A DNA stretch of 10,305 nt from Zygophlyctis sp. KS116 (Eukaryota > Fungi > Chytridiomycota): positions 1-10,305 of the forward strand of contig BAAFSQ010000331.1 in NCBI GenBank assembly GCA_054661495.1, written 5' to 3'. Shown piece by piece: positions 8,614-10,305 of this stretch. A model generated the notes under the pieces. The model worked only from the letters and a program-made list of their open reading frames with translations. It was not told the DNA's origin and searched no databases. The position numbers were made by a program, and so were the translations under genes. The stretch's first letter is position 1, and each line of letters begins with the position of its first letter.

Positions 8614-10099
8614 TCAACCATCACTGATCCGGACACATTTTGTTTCTGAACCTTGTGGTGATTTTTTGTTTGAACTCTTGAGGATTCCTCGACTTTCAGG
8701 CAATCTTAAAGTTCTATTTTGGCATGGAGTATCAAATTGAATCGTGTCCGATTCCATAACGAATTCCGGGACTTCAAGTCTTGAGAGGGTATCAATCAAA
8801 TCTCGTGTTGAATCCTGCAGCGGTGTAGATTTCGTCAATGGTCCTGATTGCAATAATGAATCAGGAGAGCAATCCTTTGACTTTTTCATCCAGCTATATA
8901 TTAAAAGTTAAAAATACAATGGTGTAGAAGGCATTTGTCTCAACAATTCCTGAGTTTCTACCTGCCTTTTACTCTCTTGTAACATTTCTTTTTCCTTTTG
9001 CAAAGCTGAACGTTCTATACCCATTCTGACAGCGGCCTCTGTGAATTGTTTACGTTCTTGATCAAGAAGCATCCTGGCGTTTTCCAATTCTTTTTTCTGC
9101 AGCTCAATTTCTTCCATTGTGAAATCACTTCTAAAATCTTAAATATTTAAATTACTCTCTTGAAATTTTTGAATTTTTTTCTTGCTTAACCATCAACTCC
9201 AACAGTTCATTAGTGTCTTGAATCTGTTGTTTGAGTATATCTTTGATTTAATTGATCAAGTTTTACCAATTTCAGCTATTTTCTCCTCCAGCTCCACTCT
9301 AACTGATAAATTTTCTTGTGACTCTACTTTTTGTAAAGTTCTTTCCTTTATCTGTAAAATTAAATCCTTCAATTTAGAGTTTAAGTTTGCCTTGATCATT
9401 TCCAAGGGCATCTCTGACACATTTCTAGTCTAAATTTAAAAATTAAAACTAATGTACCAAATTCCAGCTCTGAATTTCAAATTCCTCCTTTAGAAGACTA
9501 GTTACTTCTAACAAGTATTCTTTAACTTGTAAAATTTCTTTTAAAAGCTCCTGTTCCCTTTCTTGATAATTAGAATATAAGAAATCCAGTTCTTCCTTTT
9601 GACTAAACTTCTCCTCTAGAGTTTCTTTTACATGTTTCTTGTGACTTTTTGGAATAGAATTCAATTTTTGATTAATCAAATCCTTCAATTGTTCAATTTG
9701 AATAGATTTCCCTCTAGTCTCGTGATTATGTAGAGATTTTAGAGAATTCAAAGACTTTTTCAAGCAAGTTATTTCCTCTTTGAGTTTAGAATTTTCTGTT
9801 TTCTCTTTCTCCAATTTATTAGATTTATCGAGCGAATCAACTTGTAAATTTGATATTTTCTCTTGACTAGTATCTCTCTTTTTAACCAATACATTATTCT
9901 CTCCTTGCAATTGTTTCAATTCATTTTCCAACGCCTTTAAATCCTTTCCTAAATTCAGAGAGTAGCTAGATTCTTTTTCCAGTACAAGTAGTAAATTATA
10001 AACAATTTTCAAGTTTTCCTTCTTTTGCAGCAAAGGAAATCCAAGAGAGTTTAGCTTGTAATTTATCCAATTGAGAATTTCGGTGTCGTCCTGCGTCAT
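8614..10099 (-). CDS. Afadin/alpha-actinin-binding (ADIP/SSX2IP/Msd1-like) coiled-coil microtubule-anchoring protein, ~460 aa
   Basis: Minus-strand exons are 10099-9458, 9429-9267, 9240-9156, 9130-8918 and 8893-8614 (introns of 28, 26, 25 and 24 nt). The N-terminal WINYKLNSLGFP motif, the long coiled coil and LDQERKQFTEAAVRMGIERSAL resemble fungal ADIP-domain proteins. An alternative upstream ATG lies at 10198. Confidence 0.72.
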
Positions 10100-10204
10100 T
10101 TCGCCAATAATCAAATGCGGAGTCTTTCCAAACTCTGACAACTCTGATTTGCATCTACAGTAGCAACTGCTAATCTTATTTCTATTAATACCATCCATTC
10201 CTTA

Positions 10205-10305
10205 ATGCATATTAATCCTATCAAGACGCATCATTCCCATAAAGTCATTGACGATCCAAGTCCGAAAGTCCAACCGGCTGCTGGAATTTCCCGTAAAGGA
10301 AAAAT
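10205..10305 (+). CDS. Possible 5' end of a divergent gene, truncated by the window edge
   Basis: The ATG at 10205 is open to the edge (MHINPIKTHHSHKVIDDPSPKVQPAAGISRKGK). There is no recognisable homology; support is only the open frame and the gene-dense layout. Confidence 0.35.
   Translation, partial: MHINPIKTHHSHKVIDDPSPKVQPAAGISRKGK

Noticed and set aside
9182-9433. Plus-strand 83-aa ORF
   Set aside because: It is an antisense shadow of the coiled-coil gene.
10100-10198. N-terminal extension of the ADIP-like ORF from the ATG at 10198
   Set aside because: It looks promoter-like, the family motif begins shortly after Met 10099, and it would leave only 6 nt to the putative divergent ATG at 10205. 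It is not fully excluded.

Overview
This is an AT-rich, very gene-dense eukaryotic window, most likely from an early-diverging (chytrid-like) fungus; the taxonomy is inferred. The ORF track is fragmented because the genes are split by about 23 tiny GT-AG introns, mostly 24-32 nt with a mode of 25 nt. Manual splicing gives, in order: the 5' end of a secreted protein (-), a multi-TM protein of unknown function (+), a Ste20/OSR1-SPAK(Fray)-like kinase (+) starting in the same frame 12 nt after that protein's TGA, RPS28 (+), TFIIH subunit Tfb1/p62 (-), a UPF0658-like multi-TM protein (+), ESCRT-0 subunit Hse1/STAM (+), an ADIP/SSX2IP/Msd1-like coiled-coil protein (-), and a possible gene start at the right edge (+). 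No RNA genes, mobile elements or CRISPR arrays were seen. The most notable observations are the ultra-short intron system, the possible membrane protein-kinase fusion or dicistron, an OSR1-like kinase carrying its own RFx[VI] docking motifs, and intergenic gaps as small as 8-12 nt.
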